DNA of 24,586 nucleotides. Origin: a virus. Taxonomy: Duplodnaviria > Heunggongvirae > Uroviricota > Caudoviricetes. Shown in pieces: positions 17,769 through 24,586 of the stretch. The stretch lies in IMG/VR virus record IMGVR_UViG_2939142107_000008, one strand, 5' to 3'. A program made the position numbers and the translations under genes. The stretch's first letter is position 1. The number at the start of each line of letters is the position of its first letter. The notes below the pieces were generated by a model. That model was not told the origin of the DNA. It saw only the letters and a program-made list of their open reading frames with translations, and ran no database searches.

Positions 17769-18461
17769 ATGAACATAGGAAACCGAGTCAGACAACTTCG
17801 CCAGGCGAAGAACATGAAAATCGCCGATCTCGCTGAAGCAATAGGAGTGGATGCGGCGAATATCTCACGCCTGGAAACAGGTAAGCAGAAACAATTCACT
17901 GAACAAGCCCTGAGTAATATTGCCAGGAGCTTAGGTGTTGATATTGCTGATCTCTTTACCTCAGACGTCAAAAGTAATACTGTATGTAAAAACAGTATTA
18001 GTGAGGATGTTGCGCAGGTGAAGGATGTATTCCGTATTGAAATGCTGGATGTCAGTGCCAGTGCGGGAAATGGCCTTATCCAGGGCGGTGATGTCATTGA
18101 TGTGATTCATGCCATTGAATACAGAACTGATAATGCTGTATCGATGTTTGGCGGACGGCCAGCCAATCACATTAAAGTTATCAACGTTCGTGGGGACAGT
18201 ATGTGTCCAACCATTGAGCCAGGAGATCTCATCTTCGTTGATGTCAGTATCAATCAGTTTGATGGAGATGGTATCTATGTATTTGGTTTTGATGATAAAA
18301 TTTATGTCAAACGACTGCAAATGATACCTGACAAACTACTGGTGATTTCTGATAACCAGATTTACCGTGAATGGGGAATTACCAGCGAAAATGAACACCG
18401 GTTTATGGTCTTTGGAAAGGTCTTAATCAGCCAGTCACAAACCCTTAAGCGACACAATTAA
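17769..18461 (+). CDS. cI: CI-like repressor: N-terminal HTH_XRE plus C-terminal S24 (LexA-like) autopeptidase
   Basis: IADLAEAIGVDAANISRLETGK HTH; C-terminal GDSMCPTIEPGDLIFVD and VKRL (Ser-Lys dyad context); essentially no RBS, consistent with a leaderless pRM-type transcript. Confidence 0.85.
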   Translation: MNIGNRVRQLRQAKNMKIADLAEAIGVDAANISRLETGKQKQFTEQALSNIARSLGVDIADLFTSDVKSNTVCKNSISEDVAQVKDVFRIEMLDVSASAGNGLIQGGDVIDVIHAIEYRTDNAVSMFGGRPANHIKVINVRGDSMCPTIEPGDLIFVDVSINQFDGDGIYVFGFDDKIYVKRLQMIPDKLLVISDNQIYREWGITSENEHRFMVFGKVLISQSQTLKRHN

Positions 18462-18481
18462 CCCTTACCTCCTCATCAATT

Positions 18482-18506
18482 AGCCACCCAAAGGTGGCTT
18501 TTCATT
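18482..18506 (+). terminator. Rho-independent terminator after repressor gene
   Basis: agccacc-caaa-ggtggct followed by tttt. Confidence 0.6.
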
Positions 18507-19026
18507 ACCCTTTAAATTGCATATCTCGCAACAAAAACACTTGCATAATGCGCAACTTCATTTTATCTTTCTTTCCAGACAAACAAACAAGGTACTAACA
18601 AAATTTGGTTGTAACACGGCGTATGGCACATGCGTCGTTAGCGGTCTGGTGACGTTAAAGGGGACAATCCACTCCTTGCTCGAGCAAACAAACCAGGTAG
18701 CCGGAATGTGCAAGTCAATGATGATGCTGATAAGACGCCTAACCAGCGTGGCGATTCGGTTTGACGCCTGGGAAGAGACCAGGGTGCAACGATGAGGGCA
18801 TTTATGGAGCCGCGACAAAGTGTGGTGCCGTAACTGGCTAAGTGCTCTCAGCGTTGTGGTAATCCGCGAAATGGCGCGGCGGTAAGTATGGCGGGGTTAC
18901 TCTTTCCCCGTTGAGGACACCGGATTGTCAGGTTGACCATACGCCTGAGTGACAACCCCACCACAACAGCCACTGCTTTGGCGGTACCAGTTTGTACCCT
19001 TGCTTCCGGCTGGTACCGCTCTTTTT

Positions 19027-19115
19027 ACAAAACAGAGAAGAGCATCACCGGACGACGGGCTCATAACCCAATCCATCCGGGCGGCAGTCACCGCAGGTGT
19101 TCTTCTCTGTTTTGT
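19027..19115 (+). repeat. 15-bp perfect inverted repeat (acaaaacagagaaga / tcttctctgttttgt) forming a long stem-loop in the leader of the early-left operon
   Basis: Exact reverse-complement arms at 19027..19041 and 19101..19115 with a GC-rich spacer of about 59 nt; lies inside a ~700-bp ORF-poor GC-rich stretch downstream of cI. Confidence 0.6.
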
Positions 19116-19163
19116 GGAGAAACCAACCGACCTTGCAGGGTCGATATGATGAGGAGCAGCAAA

Positions 19164-19526
19164 ATGGCTAGCGAACGCAGTACTGATGTGCAGGCATTTA
19201 TCGGGGAGCTGGACGGCGGCGTATTTGAAACCAAAATCGGCGCTGTTCTCAGTGAAGTCGCTTCCGGTGTGATGAACACGAAAACCAAAGGTAAGGTCTC
19301 GCTCAACCTGGAAATCGAACCGTTTGATGAGAACCGTGTGAAAATCAAACACAAACTCTCATATGTTCGCCCGACTAACCGCGGGAAAATTTCTGAAGAA
19401 GACACCACCGAAACGCCGATGTATGTCAATCGCGGTGGTCGCCTGACTATTCTGCAGGAAGACCAGGGACAATTACTGACTCTTGCCGGTGAACCTGACG
19501 GAAAACTTCGCGCAGCAGGTCATTAA
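19164..19526 (+). CDS. Hypothetical early protein (120 aa), YfdP-position
   Basis: Start trimmed to ATG at 19164 with GAGGAG RBS; synteny with the following yfdQ/yfdR-like genes. Confidence 0.5.
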   Translation: MASERSTDVQAFIGELDGGVFETKIGAVLSEVASGVMNTKTKGKVSLNLEIEPFDENRVKIKHKLSYVRPTNRGKISEEDTTETPMYVNRGGRLTILQEDQGQLLTLAGEPDGKLRAAGH

Positions 19527-19591
19527 TATCGTTCTTAATTAACTGATTATTTATCTCATCACTGAATATCTTTATATAGTGAGGACTTATT

Positions 19592-20416
19592 ATGTCTCAG
19601 AACTTAGACGCAACCGCAATTAATCAAATCCATGCTCTTATTTCTGCTCAGGGTGTTAATGAAATTATCAGTAAGATTGGTGCCGATGCTGTGGCATTGC
19701 CTGAGAATTTCCGCATTCATGATCTGGAAAAATTTAATTTAAATCGCTTCCGTTTCCGTGGTGCGCTTTCCACTGCCAGCATCGATGACTTTACCCGTTA
19801 TTCTAAAGATCTTGCAGATGAAGGCACCCGCTGCTTTATCGATGCCGATAATATGCGAGCCGTCAGTGTGCTTAACCTGGGTACTATTGATGAACCAGGT
19901 CACGCAGATAACACCGCCACTCTCAAACTGAAAAAGACAGCACCGTTCTCTGCTCTGTTGTCTGTTAATGGCGAGCGTCATTCCCAGAAGTCACTGGCAG
20001 AATGGATTGAAGACTGGGCCGACTACCTTGTGGGCTTTGATGCTAATGGTGACGCTATTCAGGCAACAAAAGCGGCTGCGGCTGTCCGTAAAATCACGAT
20101 TGAAGCAAACCAGACCGCTGATTTTGAAGATAATGACTTCAGCGGCAAACGCTCCCTGATGGAGTCTGTCGAAGCGAAAACCAAAGATATTATGCCAGTG
20201 GCATTTGAATTTAAATGCGTTCCGTTTGAAGGTCTGAAAGAACGTCCATTTAAATTACGCCTCAGCATTATCACTGGCGATCGTCCTGTACTGGTTCTGC
20301 GCATTATTCAGCTGGAGGCGGTGCAGGAAGAAATGGCTAACGAATTTCGTGATCTGCTTGTTGAGAAATTCAAAGACAGCAAAGTAGAAACCTTTATTGG
20401 TACTTTCACCGCCTGA
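19592..20416 (+). CDS. yfdQ: DUF2303-family protein (YfdQ-like, 274 aa)
   Basis: Length and sequence consistent with my recollection of CPS-53 YfdQ; GAGGA RBS; followed by a terminator hairpin. Confidence 0.55.
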   Translation: MSQNLDATAINQIHALISAQGVNEIISKIGADAVALPENFRIHDLEKFNLNRFRFRGALSTASIDDFTRYSKDLADEGTRCFIDADNMRAVSVLNLGTIDEPGHADNTATLKLKKTAPFSALLSVNGERHSQKSLAEWIEDWADYLVGFDANGDAIQATKAAAAVRKITIEANQTADFEDNDFSGKRSLMESVEAKTKDIMPVAFEFKCVPFEGLKERPFKLRLSIITGDRPVLVLRIIQLEAVQEEMANEFRDLLVEKFKDSKVETFIGTFTA

Positions 20417-20428
20417 TTTCATTACTGC

Positions 20429-20450
20429 AAATGCCCCTGCGGGGGCATTT
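20429..20450 (+). terminator. Terminator-like hairpin
   Basis: atgcccc-tgcg-ggggcat followed by ttt. Confidence 0.45.
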
Positions 20451-20543
20451 ATGGAAACGTAATTGACTCAATAATCGCCGGATGGTGAGGGCTTCCTTTT
20501 ACCAGAATTCAGCGTGGTGCAGCACATATACGCGGAGAACAAA

Positions 20544-21080
20544 ATGTCATTTATTAAAACTTTTTCCGGGAAGCATTTTTATTATGACAGGATAAATAAA
20601 GACGACATCGTGATTAACGATATCGCGGTTTCCCTTTCAAATATCTGTCGCTTTGCCGGTCATCTTTCACACTTCTACAGTGTCGCCCAACATGCGGTGC
20701 TTTGCAGCCAGCTGGTGCCGCAGGAATTTGCTTTTGAAGCGTTAATGCATGATGCAACAGAAGCGTATTGCCAGGACATCCCCGCGCCGCTGAAACGCCT
20801 TCTTCCTGACTATAAACGGATGGAAGAAAAAATAGACGCCGTAATCCGTGAGAAATACGGGTTACCCACGGTTATGAGCACGCCTGTGAAATATGCCGAT
20901 CTCATCATGCTGGCAACCGAACGCCGCGATCTCGGGCTTGATGATGGCTCTTTCTGGCCAGTACTGGAAGGTATCCCGGCAACAGAGATGTTCAAAGTTA
21001 TTCCACTGGCTCCGGGCCATGCCTACGGGATGTTTATGGAACGTTTTAACGAGTTATCGGAGTTACGCAAATGCGCATGA
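20544..21080 (+). CDS. yfdR: HD-domain phosphohydrolase (YfdR-like 5'-deoxynucleotidase)
   Basis: HD-domain pattern (H...HD...D) in SVAQHAVLCS...ALMHDATEAYCQDIP; start trimmed to ATG at 20544 with GGAG RBS. Confidence 0.65.
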   Translation: MSFIKTFSGKHFYYDRINKDDIVINDIAVSLSNICRFAGHLSHFYSVAQHAVLCSQLVPQEFAFEALMHDATEAYCQDIPAPLKRLLPDYKRMEEKIDAVIREKYGLPTVMSTPVKYADLIMLATERRDLGLDDGSFWPVLEGIPATEMFKVIPLAPGHAYGMFMERFNELSELRKCA

Positions 21081-21433
21081 ATGTTTTCGAAATGGAAGGG
21101 TTTCTTCGCGGGAGATGTGTACCACGAGACCTGAAAGTGAATGAAACGGATGCTGAATACCTGGTACGTAAATTCGATGCGCTTGAAGCTAAATGTGCAG
21201 CACTGGAAAACAAAGTAATACCAGTGTCAACTGAACTGCCACCAGCAAATGAAAGTGTTCTGTTATTTGATGCTAACGGAGAAGGCTGGCTGATTGGCTG
21301 GCGTTCTCTCTGGTACACCTGGGGACAAAAAGAAACCGGAGAATGGCAGTGGACATTTCAGGTCGGGGACCTTGAAAACGTCAATATCACTCACTGGGCA
21401 GTAATGCCAAAAGCACCGGAGGCTGGAGCATAA
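21071..21433 (+). CDS. Hypothetical phage protein (120 aa), YfdS-position
   Basis: ORF with GGAG RBS, overlapping upstream stop. Confidence 0.45.
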   Translation: MRMNVFEMEGFLRGRCVPRDLKVNETDAEYLVRKFDALEAKCAALENKVIPVSTELPPANESVLLFDANGEGWLIGWRSLWYTWGQKETGEWQWTFQVGDLENVNITHWAVMPKAPEAGA

Positions 21434-21738
21434 TGACCACTTTTACCGACAAAGAACTGATTAAAGAAATTAAAGAGCGTATCAGCAGCCTTGACGTGCG
21501 AGACGATATTGAGCGCCGTGCTTATGAAATCGCACTCCTATCTCTGGAAGTAGAACCAGATGAACGCGAATCTTATGAATTATTCATGGAAAAGCGTTTC
21601 GGTGACTTAGTAGATCGTCGGAGAGCAAAAAACGGCGATAACGAATACATGGCATGGGATATGACTCTCGGTTGGATCGTCTGGCAGCAACGAGCTGGTA
21701 TCCATTTTTCAACAATGTCACAGCAAGAGGTGAAATAA
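21433..21738 (+). CDS. Hypothetical phage protein (101 aa), YfdT-position
   Basis: taATGa overlap with upstream gene, GGAG RBS. Confidence 0.45.
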   Translation: MTTFTDKELIKEIKERISSLDVRDDIERRAYEIALLSLEVEPDERESYELFMEKRFGDLVDRRRAKNGDNEYMAWDMTLGWIVWQQRAGIHFSTMSQQEVK

Positions 21739-22088
21739 TGGAGCCATACAGCCTCACACTCGATGAGGCCTGTCATTTTCTCAAAATATCCAGACCGACT
21801 GCCATTAACTGGATACGCACAGGGCGTCTTCAGGCAACACGCAAAGATCCCACTAAGAATAAATCTCCTTACCTCACAACTCGACAAGCCTGCATTGCGG
21901 CTCTTCAGTCTCCGCTGCATACTGTCCAGGTGAGCGCGGGTGATGGCATAACAGAGGAAAGAAAATGTCACTCTTCCGCAGAGGTGAAATATGGTACGCC
22001 AGTTTCACATTGCCGAACGGTAAAAGATTTAAACAGTCTCTTGGAACAAAGGACAAAAGGCAGGCGACAGAACTCCATGACAAGCTAA
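21738..22088 (+). CDS. xis: Excisionase-like HTH protein (Xis/AlpA-like); functional part probably the first ~70 aa
   Basis: [33 protein letters not shown] is a typical Xis/AlpA helix-turn-helix; reading frame runs on and overlaps the integrase start by about 124 nt. Confidence 0.55.
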   Translation: MEPYSLTLDEACHFLKISRPTAINWIRTGRLQATRKDPTKNKSPYLTTRQACIAALQSPLHTVQVSAGDGITEERKCHSSAEVKYGTPVSHCRTVKDLNSLLEQRTKGRRQNSMTS

Positions 22089-23128
22089 AGGCTGAAGCAT
22101 GGCGGGTCAGCAAACTTGGTGAAATACCTGATATAACGTTCGAGGAAGCGTGTGTCAGGTGGCTTGAAGAGAAAGCACATAAAAAATCACTGGACGATGA
22201 CAAAAGCCGGATCGGATTCTGGCTTCAACATTTCGCAGGAATGCAACTAAGAGACATTACTGAATCAAAAATTTATTCAGCAATGCAGAAAATGACGAAC
22301 CGGCGTCATGAGGAAAACTGGAAACTCAGGGCAGAAGCATGCAGAAAAAAAGGGAAACCTGTTCCAGAATACACGCCAAAACCAGCGTCCGTTGCAACGA
22401 AGGCTACGCATCTTTCATTTATAAAGGCCCTACTAAGAGCCGCAGAGCGTGAATGGAAAATGCTGGATAAGGCACCAATTATTAAAGTGCCTCAACCAAA
22501 GAATAAACGGATCCGCTGGCTGGAGCCCCATGAAGCACAAAGGCTGATTGATGAATGTCCGGAGCCATTAAAGTCTGTTGTTGAATTTGCACTGGCAACA
22601 GGTTTAAGACGCTCGAACATCATCAACCTTGAATGGCAACAAATAGATATGCAGCGCCGGGTGGCATGGATAAACCCGGAAGAGAGTAAATCAAACCGCG
22701 CAATCGGCGTTGCGCTGAATGATACTGCATGTCGCGTTTTGAAAAAACAAATCGGGAATCATCACCGTTGGGTATTTGTGTACAAGGAAAGCTGTACCAA
22801 ACCAGACGGAACGAAAGCGCCAACAGTAAGGAAGATGCGGTATGACGCAAACACAGCCTGGAAAGCGGCGCTGAGACGAGCTGGTATTGATGATTTCAGA
22901 TTTCACGACTTGAGACACACCTGGGCAAGTTGGCTGGTTCAAGCCGGAGTCCCGTTGTCAGTGTTACAGGAAATGGGTGGCTGGGAGTCTATCGAAATGG
23001 TTCGTCGATATGCTCACCTCGCGCCTAATCACCTTACCGAACACGCACGGCAAATAGACTCGATTCTGAACCCATCGGTCCCAAATTTGTCCCAGTCAAA
23101 AAATAAGGAAGGTACTAATGATGTGTAA
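21965..23128 (+). CDS. int: Tyrosine site-specific integrase (387 aa)
   Basis: C-terminal catalytic region with R (ATGLRRSNI), HDLRHT box and YAHL tyrosine motif; stop lies 14 nt from the 3' end of the tRNA. Confidence 0.9.
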   Translation: MSLFRRGEIWYASFTLPNGKRFKQSLGTKDKRQATELHDKLKAEAWRVSKLGEIPDITFEEACVRWLEEKAHKKSLDDDKSRIGFWLQHFAGMQLRDITESKIYSAMQKMTNRRHEENWKLRAEACRKKGKPVPEYTPKPASVATKATHLSFIKALLRAAEREWKMLDKAPIIKVPQPKNKRIRWLEPHEAQRLIDECPEPLKSVVEFALATGLRRSNIINLEWQQIDMQRRVAWINPEESKSNRAIGVALNDTACRVLKKQIGNHHRWVFVYKESCTKPDGTKAPTVRKMRYDANTAWKAALRRAGIDDFRFHDLRHTWASWLVQAGVPLSVLQEMGGWESIEMVRRYAHLAPNHLTEHARQIDSILNPSVPNLSQSKNKEGTNDV

Positions 23129-23142
23129 CTTATTGATTTAAA

Positions 23143-23218
23143 TGGTGCCGATAATAGGAGTCGAACCTACGACCTTCGCATTACGAATGCGCTGCTCTAC
23201 CAACTGAGCTATATCGGC
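23143..23218 (-). tRNA. thrW: tRNA-Thr (anticodon CGT)
   Basis: Reverse complement reads GCCGATATAGCTCAGTTGGTAGAGCAGCGCATTCGTAATGCGAAGGTCGTAGGTTCGACTCCTATTATCGGCACCA; 7-bp acceptor stem GCCGATA/TATCGGC, anticodon loop TTCGTAA, GTTCGA T-loop, CCA end. Confidence 0.9.
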
Positions 23219-23332
23219 CCTGAAAGGACATGTTCACGAACGTGAATCACGGTGGACAAGGTTAAAACTAACCGGGCGATGCGTCAATGGCCTTGTGAAT
23301 CAAATGGCTACTTTTGCATCACCCGGTTTTAT

Positions 23333-24586
23333 TTACGCACGAATGGTGTAATCACCAATACCGATCCACTTGTAAGTGGTCAGTGCTTCCAGCCCCATTG
23401 GGCCACGCGCGTGGAGTTTTTGTGTGCTTACCGCCACTTCCGCACCTAGTCCAAACTGGCCGCCGTCGGTAAAACGCGTAGAGGCGTTAACGTAAACAGC
23501 GGACGAATCCACTTCGTTAACAAAACGCTGGGCGTTGCGCATATCGCGGGTCAGGATCGCATCGGAGTGTTGTGTGCCGTGTTCACGAATATGGGCGATG
23601 GCATCGTCAAGATCACTGACGATTTTGACGTTCAAATCTAATGACAGAAACTCATCGTCATACTCTTCCGCTTTAACAGCCACCACCTTCGCGGGGCCTG
23701 TCTGCAACTGCGCCAGCGCAGCTGCATCTGCGTGTAATGCCACGCCGCTTTCCTCCATTTGTTTGCTTAATGCGGGCAGGAAGCTATCGGCGATGTTTTT
23801 ATTCACCAGCAACGTTTCTACCGTATTACATGTGCTCGGACGCTGAGTTTTCGCGTTGACGATCACTTTTAATGCTTCAGCAATCTCTACACTTTCATCA
23901 ACATAAATATGGCATACGCCTATACCACCTGTGATCACCGGGATCGTCGACTGTTCGCGGCACAGTTTATGCAAACCAGCGCCACCACGCGGGATCAGCA
24001 TGTCGATGTATTTATCCATACGCAGCATTTCACTGACCAGCGCACGGTCAGGATTATCAATCGCCTGCACGGCACCCACCGGTAAGCCACAGGATTTCAG
24101 GGCGTCCTGAATCACCGCCACCGTTGCCGCGTTAGTGCGACAGGTTTCTTTACCGCCACGCAGAATCACTGCGTTACCGGTTTTCAGGCACAGCGAAGCG
24201 ACATCAACCGTCACGTTCGGGCGCGCTTCATAAATCACGCCAATAACCCCCAGCGGTACGCGACGACGCTCAAGACGCAGGCCGCTGTCCAGTACGCTGC
24301 CATCGATTACCTGCCCCACCGGATCGGCGAGGTTACACACCTGGCGCACATCATCGGCAATGCCTTTCAGCCGTGCGGGCGTCAGTGCCAGACGGTCAAG
24401 CATCGCTTCGCCAAGGCCATTGGCACGCGCGTCAGCAACATCCTGGGCGTTAGCGTTGAGGATGATTTCGCTTTGTGCTTCCAGTTCATCGGCGATTTTT
24501 TCCAGCACGCGATTTTTTTCGCGGCTGGAGAGTTGCGCTAATTTATACGAGGCTTGCTTCGCGGCAATGCCCATTTGTTCCAGCAT
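23333..24586 (-). CDS. proA: Gamma-glutamyl phosphate reductase (glutamate-5-semialdehyde dehydrogenase)
   Basis: 417-aa ORF starting [20 protein letters not shown] with aldehyde-dehydrogenase-fold motifs; matches E. coli ProA as I recall it; adjacent to thrW as in E. coli. Confidence 0.9.
   Translation of the reverse strand: MLEQMGIAAKQASYKLAQLSSREKNRVLEKIADELEAQSEIILNANAQDVADARANGLGEAMLDRLALTPARLKGIADDVRQVCNLADPVGQVIDGSVLDSGLRLERRRVPLGVIGVIYEARPNVTVDVASLCLKTGNAVILRGGKETCRTNAATVAVIQDALKSCGLPVGAVQAIDNPDRALVSEMLRMDKYIDMLIPRGGAGLHKLCREQSTIPVITGGIGVCHIYVDESVEIAEALKVIVNAKTQRPSTCNTVETLLVNKNIADSFLPALSKQMEESGVALHADAAALAQLQTGPAKVVAVKAEEYDDEFLSLDLNVKIVSDLDDAIAHIREHGTQHSDAILTRDMRNAQRFVNEVDSSAVYVNASTRFTDGGQFGLGAEVAVSTQKLHARGPMGLEALTTYKWIGIGDYTIRA

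Larger units (their letters stand above)
1..23142. mobile_element. Degraded lambdoid prophage integrated at thrW; right end is int/att at the tRNA, left end not found in window
   Basis: int-xis, cI/cro switch, O-like rep, Q, pinholin and endolysin fragment, head and fibre genes in lambdoid order; terminase, portal, Rz and tail genes absent; no second copy of the tRNA 3' end seen within the window. Confidence 0.75.

Noticed and set aside
18517-18818. ORFs of 92 aa (plus) and 86 aa (minus) downstream of cI as N-like antiterminator
   Set aside because: Neither is arginine-rich or has an RBS, and they overlap on opposite strands; region treated as non-coding leader
18507-19163. Retron msr/msd (inverted repeats plus structured non-coding DNA)
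   Set aside because: No reverse transcriptase gene in the window
23252-23449. 65-aa plus-strand ORF between thrW and proA
   Set aside because: Overlaps the proA 3' end antisense; no RBS; the intergenic region is too short for an independent gene

Overview
The window is an Escherichia-type chromosomal segment: proA (23333..24586, minus) and tRNA-Thr(CGU) thrW (23143..23218, minus), with a degraded lambdoid prophage integrated at the tRNA 3' end and filling the rest of the window. Reading leftward from the tRNA: tyrosine integrase and overlapping Xis; an early-left block resembling yfdP/yfdQ/yfdR(HD)/yfdS/yfdT of CPS-53; a CI/Cro immunity switch; a CII-position regulator; an O-like replication initiator with in-gene iterons; a DUF968 protein; a Q antiterminator; an AT-rich cargo slot between Q and the lysis genes; a Dam-like MTase; an S21-type pinholin; and a SAR-endolysin 5' fragment fused in frame to a ClpP-like prohead protease/capsid gene. 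Two small head-associated genes and a long tail fibre with a C-terminal self-cleaving chaperone domain follow, then a second AT-rich cargo region at the left edge. No terminase, portal, Rz or tail tube/tape-measure genes are present, so the element looks non-inducible. The two strongest hunt candidates are both cargo: (1) a DUF262 (ParB-like) protein plus a HEPN (Rx4H) protein, 3'-overlapping a convergent C5-cytosine MTase in the Q-to-S slot, a combination I do not recognise as a named system; (2) an ABC-type ATPase plus RloB/Toprim-like operon (AbiL-like, split-OLD architecture) bracketed by two ~90-bp direct repeats. All calls come from reading the sequence and recalled family motifs; no database search was run.
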